From positions 98,148,001-98,212,000 of the forward strand of contig NC_086097.1 in NCBI RefSeq assembly GCF_963921235.1: 64,000 bases of DNA. The letters run 5' to 3'. Positions 51,460 to 64,000 of this stretch are shown piece after piece; position 1 is the stretch's first letter, and every line of letters starts with the position of its first letter. The stretch is from Mobula hypostoma (lineage: Eukaryota). Made by a program: the position numbers and the translations under genes. The notes under the pieces were generated by a model. The model worked only from the letters and a program-made list of their open reading frames with translations. It was not told where the DNA came from and ran no database searches.

Positions 51460-52840
51460 ATATCACATCTCCTCTGTACCTACTTCCAAGCACCTTAAAG
51501 CTGTCCCCTCTTGTGTTAGCCATTTCAATCCCAGGAAAAAGCCTCTGGCTATCCACACAATCAATGCCTCTCATTATCTTGTACACCTCTATCAGGTCAC
51601 CTCTCATCCTCCGTCACTCCAAGGAGAAAAGGCCGAGTTCACCAAGCCTATTCGCATAAGGCATGCTCCCCAATCCAGGCAACATCCCTGTAAATCTCCT
51701 CTGCACCCTTTCTATGGTTTCCACATCCTTCCTGTAGTGAGGTGACCAGAACTGAGCACAGTACTCCAAGTGGGGTCTGACTTGATTGGTCCTATTCTCT
51801 CATGTCTTATCCTCTTGCTCTTCACATACTTGTAGAATGCTGTGGGGTTTTCCTTAATCCTGTCTGCCAAGGCCTTCTCATGGCCCCTTCTGGCTCTCCT
51901 AATTTCTTTCTTAATCTCCTTCCTGCTAGCCTTATAATCTTCTAGATCTCTATCATTACCTAGTTTTGGAACCTTTCATAAGCTTTGCTTTTCTTCTTGA
52001 CTAGGTTTTCAACAGCCTTTGTACACCACTGTTCCTGTACCCTACCATCCTTTCCCTGTCTCATTGGAACATACCTATGCAGAATGCCACACAAATATCC
52101 CCTGAACATTTGCCACATTTCTGTCATACATTTTCCTGAGAACATCTGTTCCTGATTTATGCTTCCAAGTTCCTGCCTGATAGCTTCATATTTCCCCTTA
52201 TTCCAATTAAATGCTTTCCCTTCTTGTCTGTTCCTATCTCTCTCCAATGCTGTGGTAAAGGAGATAGAATTGTGATCACTATCTCCAAAATGCTCTCCCA
52301 CTGAGAGACCTGACACCTGATTAGGTTCATTTCCCAATACTAGATCAAGTCCAGCCTCTCCTCTTGTAGGCTTATCTACATATTGTGTCAGGAAATCTTC
52401 CTGAACACACCTAATAAACTCCACCCCATCTAAAATCCTTGCTCTAGGAAGATGCCAATCAAAATTTAGGAAATTAAAATCTCCCACCTGTAATTATTAC
52501 ACCTTTCCAGAATCTGTCTCCTTATCAGCTCCTTGATGTCCCTGTTACTATTGGGTGGTCTATAAAAAAACACCCAGTAGAGTTATTGACCCCTTCCTAT
52601 TCCTAACCTTCATCCACAGAGACTCCGTAGACAATCCCTCCATGACTTCCCCCTCTTCTGCAGCCGTGACACTATCTCTGATCAACAGTGCCACACCCCC
52701 ACCTCTTTCGCCTCCCTCCCTGTCCTTTCTGAAACATCTAACGCCTGGCACTCTGAGTAACCATTCCTGCCCCTGAGCCATCCAGATCTCTGTAATGGCC
52801 ACAACATCATAGCTCCAAGTACTGATCCACACTCTAAACT
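51460..52840 (-). mobile_element. CR1 LINE with a large internal deletion (endonuclease region joined to 3' region)
   Basis: YDVVAITE, GDFNF..LDLVLGNE..SDHN, then MRGDLIEVYKIM. Confidence 0.85.
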
Positions 52841-54114
52841 CATCTGCTTTGTTTATGATGCTTCTTGCATTTTACTTGGACTATATTGGTGATGGTTTCA
52901 AGATCAAAACTCAAGTTCATTGCAATCATAGGCACACATACACAGGATAGAAATGCCATGGAAAATAGATTTTTTTTGCTACAGAAGCACAATACAAGAT
53001 GGTTACAAATACAAGATAACATTCTTACATGAACATTATACCATAATAACTTGCAATGTTTGCTTACTGTTTGTACTTGTTTCAAAAGTATTTGACAGAG
53101 TATGCTTTACTTGATCAAACCAGTGTTCTATGTACCTAGGGTGTGTTTGTATTTGTTATACAATCTTCACAACACAATTAAATGAATAATGGAAACCAAA
53201 ATCTTGTGAAAGGGTGTTATGTTCAGGTCAACTATACTGCAATCACAAGTCCAGGGAAATACTGGGGAGTTAGTCAGCATTAAACAGTAGCAATTACACT
53301 GGTAAACTGTTCCTAAAATGTTGCTTTGTTTCTCTTTGAGGTGATAGTATCGAAAGATTCTTGCTGTTTGAGGGAATTTGATCCAATGGCAGGTTGAGGA
53401 GCTTACTGCGTAATTATTCAAGGATATACATCTCATCTAGGGAAGCAAGCTTGAAATAGACTTCTGATGTGTGCAGAGTTGTTGCTTCTCAACTGGGAAA
53501 TAGGGACAGGGCTCAGTGCCCCGTTACATTAACTGGGATATCAGGTGGATTTTTTTTTTGCCTTATTTCGCTGTGTATCATGGCCTCTTTTCTGAAGAGT
53601 ATGCACTGATGTCAGATGAGTAAACTCTCATTTAGTGTATATTTCAGTCGCTGGACAACCCCCAGAGTCAGAAGTATTGTCTCTGACTTGTATGCATGAA
53701 ATTAACGCTGGTCATGTCAAGGTGCTGGATGGGTAATGGGTTCACTACCCTGCCAAGTGTGAGATCGCAGAGACAGAACCTTGTGGAGTTTATGTGCTAG
53801 CAGAGCCTTTCAGGACTTGTCTGCTGAGTGGAAGATTGCTTGGGTGATCAGTAACTTAGCAAAGGCTGATAAAAAGAAGTAAGGTGTAAGTGGAGCAGCT
53901 GTTTTGGGAGTAACCGTTGTTGGAGTGGTTAGGCTTTGACTCAAGAGGTTACATGAGAACAGCCGGAGATTCTAAGTAAGTTTCTAGTCATTTCTTCTTC
54001 TCTCTTTGTTCATTAGTATATAATTAGTGCATTAATAATGGGACCAGAGTTAGTGGTATGATCTTTGTGTGCAATGTTGCAACTCTGGCAGACCTCCAGG
54101 CTCCCTGACAACTA

Positions 54115-54568
54115 CAAGGGGTGATTGATAAGTTTGTGGCCTAATGTAGAAGGAGTCAATTTTAGAAAACCTAGCACATTTATTTTTCAACATAGTCCCT
54201 TCCTACAGTACATTTATGCACTTAGTCCAGCGGTCGTGGAGCATATGGATCTTGGACCTCCAGAAAGTGCCCACCGCAGGGGTGATTGATAGGTTCGTAG
54301 CCTAAGGTAGAAGGAGATGAATTATACAGCTCTCGTTACATGCACATACAGTTCAACTCGTTGAGTGATTGTGCAGAAAGCTTGAGGTTAATAACTCATC
54401 AGGGGTGATTGATAATTTCATGGCCAAAGGTAGAAGGAGATGTCTTTAACTTCAAAGAGTTGAACTGCTCGTGCATGTAAGGAGAGCTGTATAACTCATC
54501 TCCTTCTACCTTAGGCCATAAACTTATCAATCACCCCTCATGTGTATGTATGTATGTATGTATGTGTC

Positions 54569-54644
<76 letters not shown>

Positions 54645-54961
54645 GTGATTGATATGTTTGTGGCCTAAGGTTGAAGGAAATGAGTTATTAATTTCAAACT
54701 TTCTGCACAATCAATCACTCAAAGAGTTAACCTGCATGTGCATGCAACAAGAGCTGTATAACTCATCTCCTCCCACATTAGGCCATGAACTTATCAATCA
54801 CCCCTGCTGTGGACACTTTCTGGAGGTCCAAGATCCGTATGCTCCACGACCGCTGGACTAAGTGTGTAAATGTAGGAGGACAATGTTGAAAAATAAATGT
54901 GCTAGGTTTTCTAAAATTGACTCCTTCTACCTTAGGCCACGAACTTATCAATTACCCCTCG
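54115..54961. mobile_element. Tc1/mariner-type fold-back MITE
   Basis: TA at 54113-54114 and 54962-54963; TIR C(A/G)AGGGGT(G/A)ATTGATAAG; long inverted arms; central compound microsatellite. Confidence 0.85.
54541..54642. repeat. Compound microsatellite (TATG)n(TA)n(GA)n(CA)n
   Basis: Read directly from the sequence. Confidence 0.95.
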
Positions 54962-55155
54962 TACATCTACATGAAGTGCATCAAGCTACAAATCCTTACA
55001 GACCATGTTAAGGACTGGAATCACAGCTCGATGACCTTTGGCTCACACAGGAGAATGAGGAGGTGATAGACAGGAGCTACAGGGAGGTGGTTACCCCTAA
55101 GTTGCAGGAGGCACGTTGTCAGGAGAGGGAAAGGGAATAGGTTGTCAGTGCAGAG

Positions 55156-55422
55156 TAGCAAGTGTACAGCTTTGGATACTGTCGTTAGCAAGTGTACAGC
55201 TTTGGATACTGTCATTAGCAAGTGTACAGCTTTGGATACTGTCGTTAGCAAGTGTACAGCTTTGGATACCATCATTAGCAAGTGTACAGCTTTGGATACT
55301 GTCGTTAGCAAGTGTACAGCTTTGGATACCGTCATTAGTAAGTATAGAGCTTTGGATACCGTCATTAGTAAGTATACAGCTTTGGATACTGTCATTAGTA
55401 AGTGTACAGCTTTGGATACTGT
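55156..55422. repeat. 30-bp tandem repeat, ~9 copies
   Basis: Unit TAGCAAGTGTACAGCTTTGGATACTGTCAT. Confidence 0.95.
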
Positions 55423-55700
55423 TGGGAGGGAGTGACTGACCAGGAGAAGATGCAGAAGCCGGTCTCTGGTACGGAGTCTAGCTCTATAGCTCAGAAGGGA
55501 AGAGGAGGAGAAGAGAAAAACAGTAGTGATAGAGGATTCCATAGTTAGTGAGGCAGACTGGAGATCGTGTGGACGTGAATGAGAGACCTGGATGGAATGT
55601 TGCCTCCCAGGTGCCAGGGTCAGGGATGTCTTTCTCAGATTGAGTCCACAGCATCCTGAAGGGGTACGGTGAACAGCTGGAAATTGTGGTACATATCTAC

Positions 55701-57992
55701 GAGAGTGACGTAGTTAATTCACAAACAAAGGTTCTGAGAGTGACGTAGTTAATTCAGAAACAAAGGTTCTGAACTTAAAGAGGGGTAACTTTGAAGGTAT
55801 GAGACGTGAATTAGCTAAGATAGACTGGCAAATGACACTTCAAGGATTGACGGTGGATATGCAATGGCAGGCATTTAAAGGTTGCATGGATGAACTACAA
55901 CAATTGTTCATCCCGGTTTGGCAAAAGAATAAATCAAGGAAGGTAGTGCACCCGTGGCTGACAAGAGAAATTAGGGATAGTATCAATTCCAAAGAAGTAG
56001 CATACAAATTAGCCAGAGAAAGTGGCTCACCTGAGGACTGGGAGAAATTCAGAGTTCAGCAGATGAGGACAAAGGGCTTAATTAGGAAGGGGAAAAAAGA
56101 TTATGAGAGAAAACTGGCAGAGAACATAAAAACGGACTGTAAAAGCTTTTATAGATATGTAAAAAGGAAAAGACTGATAAAGACAAATGTAGGTCCCCTG
56201 CAAACAGAAACAGGTGAATTGATTATGGGGAGCAAGGACATGGCAGACCAATTGAATAATTACTTTGGTTCTGTCTTCACTAAGGAGGACATAAATAATC
56301 TTCCAGAAATAGTAAGGGACAGAGGGTCCAGTGAGATGGAGGAACTGAGCGAAATACATGTTAGTAGGGAAGTGGTGTTAGGTAAATTGAAGGGATTGAA
56401 GGCAGATAAATCCCCAGGGCCAGATGGTCTGCATCCCAGAGTGCTTAAGGAAGTGGCCCAAGAAATAGTGGATGCATTAGTGATAATTTTTCAAAACTCG
56501 TTAGATTCTGGACTAGTTCCTGAGGATTGGAGGGTGGCTAATGTAACCCCACTTTTTAAAAAAGGAGGGAGAGAGAAACCGGGGAATTATAGGCCGGTTA
56601 GCCTAACGTCGGTGGTGGGGAAACTGCTGGAGTCAGTTATCAAGGATGTGATAACAGCACATTTGGAAAGCGGTGAAATGATCGGACAAAGTCAGCATGG
56701 ATTTGTGAAAGGAAAATCATGTCTGACGAATCTCATAGAATTTTTTGAGGATGTAACTAGTAGAGTGGATAGGGGAGAACCAGTGGATGTGGTATATTTG
56801 GATTTTCAAAAGGCTTTTGACAAGGTCCCACACAGGAGATTAGTGTGCAAACTTAAAGCACACGGTATTGGGGGTAAGGTATTGGTGTGGGTGGAGAATT
56901 GGTTAGCAGACAGGAAGCAAAGAGTGGGAATAAACGGGACCTTTTCAGAATGGCAGGCGGTGACTAGTGGGGTACCGCAAGGCTCAGTGCTGGGACCCCA
57001 GTTGTTTACAATATATATTAATGACTTGGATGAGGGAATTAAATGCAGCATCTCCAAGTTTGCGGATGACACGAAGCTGGGTGGCAGTGTTAGCAGTGAG
57101 GAGGATGCTAAGAGGATGCAGGGTGACTTGGATAGGTTGGGTGAGTGGGCAAACTCATGGCAGATGCAATTTAATGTGGATAAATGTGAAGTTATCCACT
57201 TTGGTGGCAAAAATAGGAAAACAGATTATTATCTGAATGGTGGCCGATTAGGAAAAGGGGAGGTGCAACGAGACCTGGGTGTCATTATACACCAGTCATT
57301 GAAAGTGGGCATGCAGGTACAGCAGGCGGTGAAAAAGGCGAACGGTATGCTGGCATTTATAGCGAGAGGATTCGAGTACAGGAGCAGGGAGGTACTACTG
57401 CAGTTGTACAAGGCCTTGGTGAGACCACACCTGGAGTATTGTGTGCAGTTTTGGTCCCCTAATCTGAGGAAAGACATCTTTGCCATAGAGGGAGTACAAA
57501 GAAGGTTCACCAGATTGATTCCTGGGATGGCAGGTCTTTCATATGAAGAAAGACTGGATGAACTGGGCTTGTACTCGTTGGAATTTAGAAGATTGAGGGG
57601 GGATCTGATTGAAACGTATAAGATCCTAAAGGGATTGGACAGGCTAGATGCGGGAAGATTGTTCCCGATGTTGGGGAGGTCTGGAACGAGGGGTCACAGT
57701 TTGAGGATAGAGGGGAAGCCTTTTAGGACCGAGGTTAGGAAAAACTTCTTCACACAGAGAGTGGTGAATCTGTGGAATTCTCTGCCACAGCAAACTGTTG
57801 AGGCCAGTTCATTAGCTATGTTTAAAAGGAAGTTAGATATGGCCCTTGTGGCTACAGGGGTCAGGGGGGTATGGAGGGAAGGCTGGGTTCTGAGTTGGAT
57901 GATCAGCCATGATCATAATAAATGGCGGTGCAGGCTCGAAGGGCCGAATGGCCTACTCCTGCACCTATTTTCTATGTTTCTATGTTTCTATA
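55701..57992 (+). mobile_element. Young 5'-truncated CR1 LINE with an open RT frame
   Basis: ORF from 55799 stays open through the whole RT domain; (ttctatgt)n tail; inserted in the older CR1 ORF1. Confidence 0.96.
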
Positions 57993-58763
57993 TTGGTACC
58001 AACAGCCTGGGTAGGAAAAGGGATGAGGTTCTGAAGAGAGAATATAGGAAGTTAGGAAGAAAGCTGAAAAGCAGGACCTCCAGGGTAGTAATCTCTGGAT
58101 TGCTGCTTGTGCCATGTGCCAGTGAGAGTAAGAATGGGATGATTTAGCAGATGAATGTGTGGCTGAGGAATTGGTGCAGGGGGCATGGTTTCAGATTTCT
58201 GGATCATTAGGTATCTTCTGTGGAAGGTATGACCTGTACAAAAACAGATGGGTTGCACCTCAACACCAGGGGGTCCAATATCCTTGTGGGCAAGTCCGCT
58301 AGAGCTGCTGGGGAGGGTTTAAACTAATGTGGCAGGGGATGAGAACCAGAGTGAGATATGGCTGAGAATGGACTAGTTGGTTTACAGTGCACAGTAGATC
58401 CAGAAAGGACAGGCAGATGATAGGGCCAAGTTTCACAGCAATGAGTTGGAGTGTAACATGGGGCAAAATCAAAAAGGATGATGAATACAGGAGTAAAGGT
58501 GTTATATTTCAATGCACCCAGTATATGGAATAAGGTCAATGATCTTGTAGCACAGTTAGAGACTGGCAGATGTTACGTTGTGGCCATCACTGAGTTGTGG
58601 CTGAAAGAAGATCATAGTCGGTAACTTATCATCCAAAGATACATATTGTATCAAAAGGACAAGCAGGCAGACAGGGTGGTGGCTTGGTTCCTGGTAAAAT
58701 ATAAAATCAAATCCTTAGAAAGTGATATCAGGAAGGGAAGATGAGGGTAAAGTTAAGGGTAAA

Positions 58764-59252
58764 CAGACCCTGATGGGAGTTATTTATAGACCCCGATGGG
58801 AGTTACATACAGACCCTGATGGGAGTTATTTATAGACCCTGATGGGAGTTACATACAGACCCTGATGGGAATTATGTACAGACCCTGATGGAAGTTATTT
58901 ATAGACCCTGATGGGAGTTACATACAGACCCTGATGGGAGTTATATACAGACCCTGATGGGAGTTATTTATAGACCCTGATGTGAGTTACATACAGACCC
59001 TAATGGGAGTTATGTACAGACCCTGATGGGAGTTATATACAGACCCTGATGTGAGTTACATACAGACCCTAATGGGAGTTACGTACAGACCCTGATGGGA
59101 GTTACATACAGACCCTGATGGGAGTTATATACAGACTCCGATGGGAGTTATATACAGACTCTGATGGGAGTTATATACAGACCCTGATGGGAATTACATA
59201 CAGACCCTGATGGGAGTTATATACAGACCCTGATGGGAGTTATATTCAGACC
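58764..59252. repeat. 23-bp tandem repeat, ~21 copies
   Basis: Unit ACAGACCCTGATGGGAGTTATAT. Confidence 0.95.
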
Positions 59253-59677
59253 TCTGAGTTTTCATTTTGAACTCCTTGTGGTGCCTGGACGCAATGGTCT
59301 TGTCATGCTATTGTTCCTCTGAACTGGAACATCGAAAGATTTAGTGCCAGCTGTTCTACCTACCAGGAGAGTTCTCTGACCACAGTATACATTTTGCCAA
59401 AGGCAGAAATTAAGCAGGCATTTGAGGTACTGAGCACCGCCAACAACCAACTCTGACGCCTTTTAATTCATTGTCTTGGACTTCATTTGGGCTTGTTTGA
59501 AGAAATTTATGCCCAATTATCATCAACATATCACCTCCAGCACAGTGATTCGACCCTGCCGGCTGTGTAGTGAACTATTGTAGGAAGTAAGCAGCTCTCC
59601 CCAGTGTGTCAGTATTAATTTATCCCCGGCCAGTACAACTTACTCACTCATCTACCTCGCTGCTGCCTGTGGGAGTT

Positions 59678-59945
59678 GGTTTGTTTGTTTATTGAGATAC
59701 ACCTCGGAATAGGCCCTCCCACCACGCCACCCAGCAGCTCCCCATTTGATCCTAGCATAATTACAGGACAATTTACAATGACCAATTAACCTCCTAACTG
59801 TACGCCTTTGGACTGTGGGATGAAACTGAAACTCACACAGTCATGGGGACAACATACAAACTCCTTTCAGGCAGCAGTGGGAATAGAACCTGGGTCTCTG
59901 GTACTGTAAAGCATTGTGCTAACTACTACACTACCATGATGCCCA
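59678..59945 (-). mobile_element. tRNA-derived SINE
   Basis: Minus strand begins with A-box-like tggtagtgtagtag and B-box-like ggttctattcc; ends aataaacaaacaaac. Confidence 0.65.
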
Positions 59946-60264
59946 CACTTGCGCTGAATGAGTTGCCCTTTCCTACATTAAAGCAAGGGTTGTACTTTAA
60001 CATAAAGTACAGTGAGATACATTGTAAAAGCAAGCCTTTCTTTCTCATTAGATCTGTAGAAAGTTTGAGATGTTGAAGGTGAGTTGAATGTGGATTTTAT
60101 TGAAGTATTTATGGGAATACCAGGTTATAGTGCACAATAAAAATCTGTACTTCTCAAATTAAAATGGAAAATATTCAGCAGGTCAGGCAGCATCTGTGGA
60201 TGGAGGGTTAGAGGAGCAGTTAGCTTCAGGTGTAGGTACTGGGATTAGGGTTAAATTCCTCTTC

Positions 60265-61058
60265 AGAATGCCCATGTTAAGCAGGCACTTGAGGTACTGA
60301 ATGCCACTGTCAGCAAACAAGAAACAACCTACCCCAACACCTTTCAAATCATTGTTGGGGACTTTAATCAGACTCGTTTGAAGAAATTTCTGCCCAATTA
60401 TCATCAGCTTATTACCTGCAGTACCGGGGTCCAACACATTCAACCACTGCTATACTATGATTAAGAGTGCCTACAGTTCCATGCCTAGGCTGCAGTTCGG
60501 GAAATCTGATCACCCGATTGTCTTTCTCTGACCTGAATGCAGACAGAGGCTAAAAGGCAGGGCTCCAGAGGTGAGGACAACAAAGGGGGTTGCAGGAGGC
60601 AGAGGAGCGGTTACGAGATTGCTTCGAGTCGGTGGCCTGGGCTGTGTTCAAAGACTCATCAGAGGATATGAATGAATACACCATGGTTGTCACGGACTTT
60701 ATAAAAACAGTCGTAAACACCCACAAAATAATTGTCTCACCAAACCAGACGACCCATGAGATAGGTCTGCAATCTGCTGAGGGCCAGATTAGTGGCATTC
60801 AGGTCAGGGGAACCAAAATACAACAGGTACAAGCACACTCTTCAGAAAGCCATCTCTCACACAAAATGGCAATTCTGGACCAAACTGAAAGATGTTCAAC
60901 AGCTCTGGAAGGGCTTGAATGGTGTCACCTTCTATGAAGTGAAACAAAGTGACAAGGGTGACTGAAATGCTTCACTCGCAGGTGAGCTCAATGCCTTCTA
61001 TGCCTGCTTTGCCCGTCAAAGCATGGAGGAAGCTTCACTCACTCCCACCACCCCTGAT
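60265..61058 (+). mobile_element. Rex1/Babar-like LINE endonuclease-region fragment (related piece at ~59400-59550)
   Basis: IVGDFNQ, FGKSDH and AEERLRDCFESVAW motifs. Confidence 0.7.
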
Positions 61059-62285
61059 TAGAACCAGGTATGATATCACTGGCATATGTTGAGACATTTG
61101 TTAACTTTGCAGCAGCAGTACAATGCAATAATGATAAATATAGAAAAAAACTGAATTACAATAATATATATGTATATTAAATAGTTAAAGTAAGGAATGC
61201 AAAAACAGAAATTTTAAAAAAGTAGTGAGGTAGTGTTCATGAGTTCAATGTCCATTCAGGAATCGGATGGCAGAGGGGAAGGAGCTGTTCCTGAATCGCT
61301 GAGTCTGTGCCTTCAGGCTCCTGTACCTCCTACCTGATGGTAGCAGTGAGAAAAGGGCATGACCTGGGTGGTGGGGGTCCTTAATGATGGATGCTACTTT
61401 CTGAAGCATCACTCCTTGAAGATGTCTTGGATACTATGGAGGCGAGTACCCATGATGGAGCTGACTAATTTTACCACTTTCTACAGTTTACTTCGATCCT
61501 GTGCAGTAGCCTCTCCCATCCCATACCTGATGGTGGTGCAGCCTGTCAGAATGCTCTCCATGGCACATCTGAGAAGTTTTTGAGTGTTTTAGGTGACAAA
61601 CCAAATCTCCTCAAACTCGTAATGAAATATAGCTGCTGCCTTACCTTCTTTATTGCAACAATATGTTGGGACCAAGTTACATCTTCAGAGATATTGACAC
61701 CCAGAATCTTGAAATTGTTCAATCTTTTCACTTTTGATCCCTCCATGAGGATTGGCTTGTGTTCCCTCATCTTAACCTTTCTGAAGTCCACAATCAGCTC
61801 TTTGGTCTTACTTACATTGAGTGCAAGGTTGTTTCTGCGACAACACTCAACTAACCGGTATATCTCGCTTCTGTATGCCCTCTTGAAATTCTGTCAACAA
61901 TAGTTGTATCGTCAGCAAATTTATAGATGGTATTTGAGTTATCCCTAGCCACACAGTCATGTGTATATAGAGAGTAGAGCAGTGGGCTGAGCACACACTC
62001 CTGACGTGCGCCAGTGTTGATCGTCAGCAAGGTGGAGATGTTATTACCAATCTGCACAGGTTGTGGTCTTTCAGTTAGGAAGTTGAGGATCCAATTGCAG
62101 AAGGAGGTAAGGAGCCACATGTTCTGTAGCTTTTCAAACAAGACTGTGGGAATGATGGTGTTAAACGCTGAGCTATAGTCAATGAACAGCATTCTGACAA
62201 AGGTGTTTGTATTGTCCAGGTGATCCAAGGCCACATGGAGAGCCATTGAGATCACGTCTACTGTAGACCTATTGTGGCAATGACC
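61058..62285 (-). mobile_element. Rex1/Babar-like LINE RT/3' fragment
   Basis: [29 protein letters not shown] and YKFADDTTI motifs. Confidence 0.85.
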
Positions 62286-62532
62286 CTGGGTGATGACCTC
62301 GTGATTTCAGTCTCTGAAACTGATGTGAGAGTGCAGGTGTTTGCAAATAAAACGGAGTGAGGTATTTTTTGTTTAAGAAAAACCATCACACATTTTATTG
62401 AACTCCAAAATCTGAATACCAAAGCACACAAAAAACTTTTTATGTAACTAAGTCATCACGTCAGACCAGCCTCTTAAAGTGAAACCCCAAGTCAATGTCA
62501 GTGGTTGGGAATTATGTACATCTCCATTAATT

Positions 62533-64000
62533 ACCATATAACCATATAAACATATAACAATTACAGCACAGAAACAGGCCATCTCGGCCCTTCTAGTCCA
62601 TGCCAAACGCTTACTCTCACCTAGTCCCACCGACCATAACCCTCCATTCCTTTCCTGTCCGTATATCTATCCAATTTAACTTTAAATGACAATATCGACC
62701 CTGCCTCAACCACTTCAGCTGGAAGCTCGTTCCACACAGCTACCACTCTCTAAGTAAAGAAGTTCCCCCTCATGTTACCCCTAAACTTTTGCTCTCTAAC
62801 TCTCAACCCATGTCCTCTTGTTTGAATCTCCCCCACTCTCAATGGAAAAAGCCTATCCACGTCAACTCTACTTATCCCCCTCATAATTTTAAATACCTCT
62901 ATCAGGTCCCCCCTCAACCTTCTACGCTCCAAAGAATAAAGACCCAACTTGTTCAACCTTTCTCTGTAACTTAGGTGATGAAACCCAGGTAACATTCTAG
63001 TAAATCTTCTCTGTACTCTCTCTATTTTGTTGACGTCTTTTCTATAATTTGGTGACAAGAACTGTACACAATACTCCAAATTTGGCCTCACCAATGTCTT
63101 GTACAATTTTAACATTACATCCCAACTCCTATACTCAATGCTCAGATTAATAAAGGCCAGCATACCAAAAGCTTTCTTCACCACCCTATCCACATGAGAT
63201 TCCACCTCTAGGGAACTATGCACCATTATTCCTAGATCCCTCTGTTCTACTGCATTCTTCAATGCCCTACCATTTACCATGTATGTCCTATTTTGATTAG
63301 TCCTACCAGAATGTAGCACCTCACATTTATCAGCATTAAACTCCATCTGCCATCTTTCAGCCCACTCTTCTAACTGGCCTAAATCTCTCTGCAAGCTTTG
63401 AAAACCTACTTCATTATCCACAACTCCACCTATCTTAGTATCATCTGCATACTTACTAATCCAACTTACCACCCCATCATCCAGATCATTAATGTATATG
63501 ACAAACAACATTGGACCCAGTACAGATCCCTGAGGCACACCACTAGTCACTGGCCTCCAATCTGACAAACAGTTATCCACCACTATGCTCTGGCGTCTCC
63601 CATCCAGTCACTGCTGAATCCATTTTACTACTTCAATATTAATACCTAACGATTGAACCTTCCTAACTAACCTTCTGTGTGGAACCTTGTCAAAGGCCTT
63701 ACTGGTCCATATAGACAACATCCACTGCTTTACCCCTGTCAACTTTCCTAGTAACCTCATCAAAAAATACAATAAGATTTGTCAAACATGACCTTCCACG
63801 CACATGTTGACTGTTCCTAATCAGACCCTGTCTATCCAGATAATTATATATACCATCTCTAAGAATACTTTCCATCAATTTACCCACCACTGATGTCAAA
63901 CTCACAGGCCGATAACTGCTAGGTTTACTCTTAGAACCCTTTTTAAACAATGGAACAACATGAACAGCACACCAATCCTCCGGCACCATCTCCATTTCTA
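62533..64000 (-). mobile_element. CR1 LINE, runs off the window
   Basis: 277-aa [23 protein letters not shown]..; (ttatatgg)n tail. Confidence 0.93.

Larger units (their letters stand above)
53880..59252 (+). mobile_element. Old CR1 LINE 5' half (ORF1 zinc finger/esterase, start of ORF2) hosting a MITE, a young CR1 and two minisatellites
   Basis: ORF1-like CLPGARV, VVH//IGTN..RVVISGLL and DGLHLN; ORF2-like YVVAITELWLKE. Confidence 0.7.

Noticed and set aside
55156..59252. 30-bp and 23-bp arrays as CRISPR
   Set aside because: Head-to-tail repeats with no unique spacers, no cas genes, eukaryotic context

Overview
This is eukaryotic, repeat-dense DNA; the CR1/Penelope/Rex1 repeat mix suggests a cartilaginous fish, probably a ray (inference). 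Most of the window is transposon debris. It includes many CR1 LINEs (two young, near-identical copies), a full-length but disabled Gypsy LTR element with a -1 frameshift pseudoknot, RTE/L1/Rex1 fragments, Penelope remnants with hammerhead-like cores, nested hAT elements, a mariner-type fold-back MITE, a solo LTR and an Academ-like Cys8 tail. Two host loci are visible. (1) An EEF1AKMT3/METTL21B-like gene on + (24012-25079) carries a 1-nt frameshift and lacks an intact first exon. (2) A minus-strand spliced non-coding gene has a CpG/CCAAT/YY1 promoter at ~44.3 kb, exon 1 ending at 44131, and a long exon from 40865 to poly(A) signals at ~37.5 or ~35.0 kb. That long exon carries a near-perfect miR-7 complementary site (38777-38802) plus miR-25/92 and Pumilio-type motifs. 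This is the signature of the lncRNA Cyrano (OIP5-AS1), a known trigger of miR-7 target-directed degradation, and it is invisible to the ORF track. Its promoter sits between two multi-kb G-quadruplex-prone minisatellites of opposite strand polarity, which is the least explained structure here. No database searches were run; family calls rest on recalled motifs.
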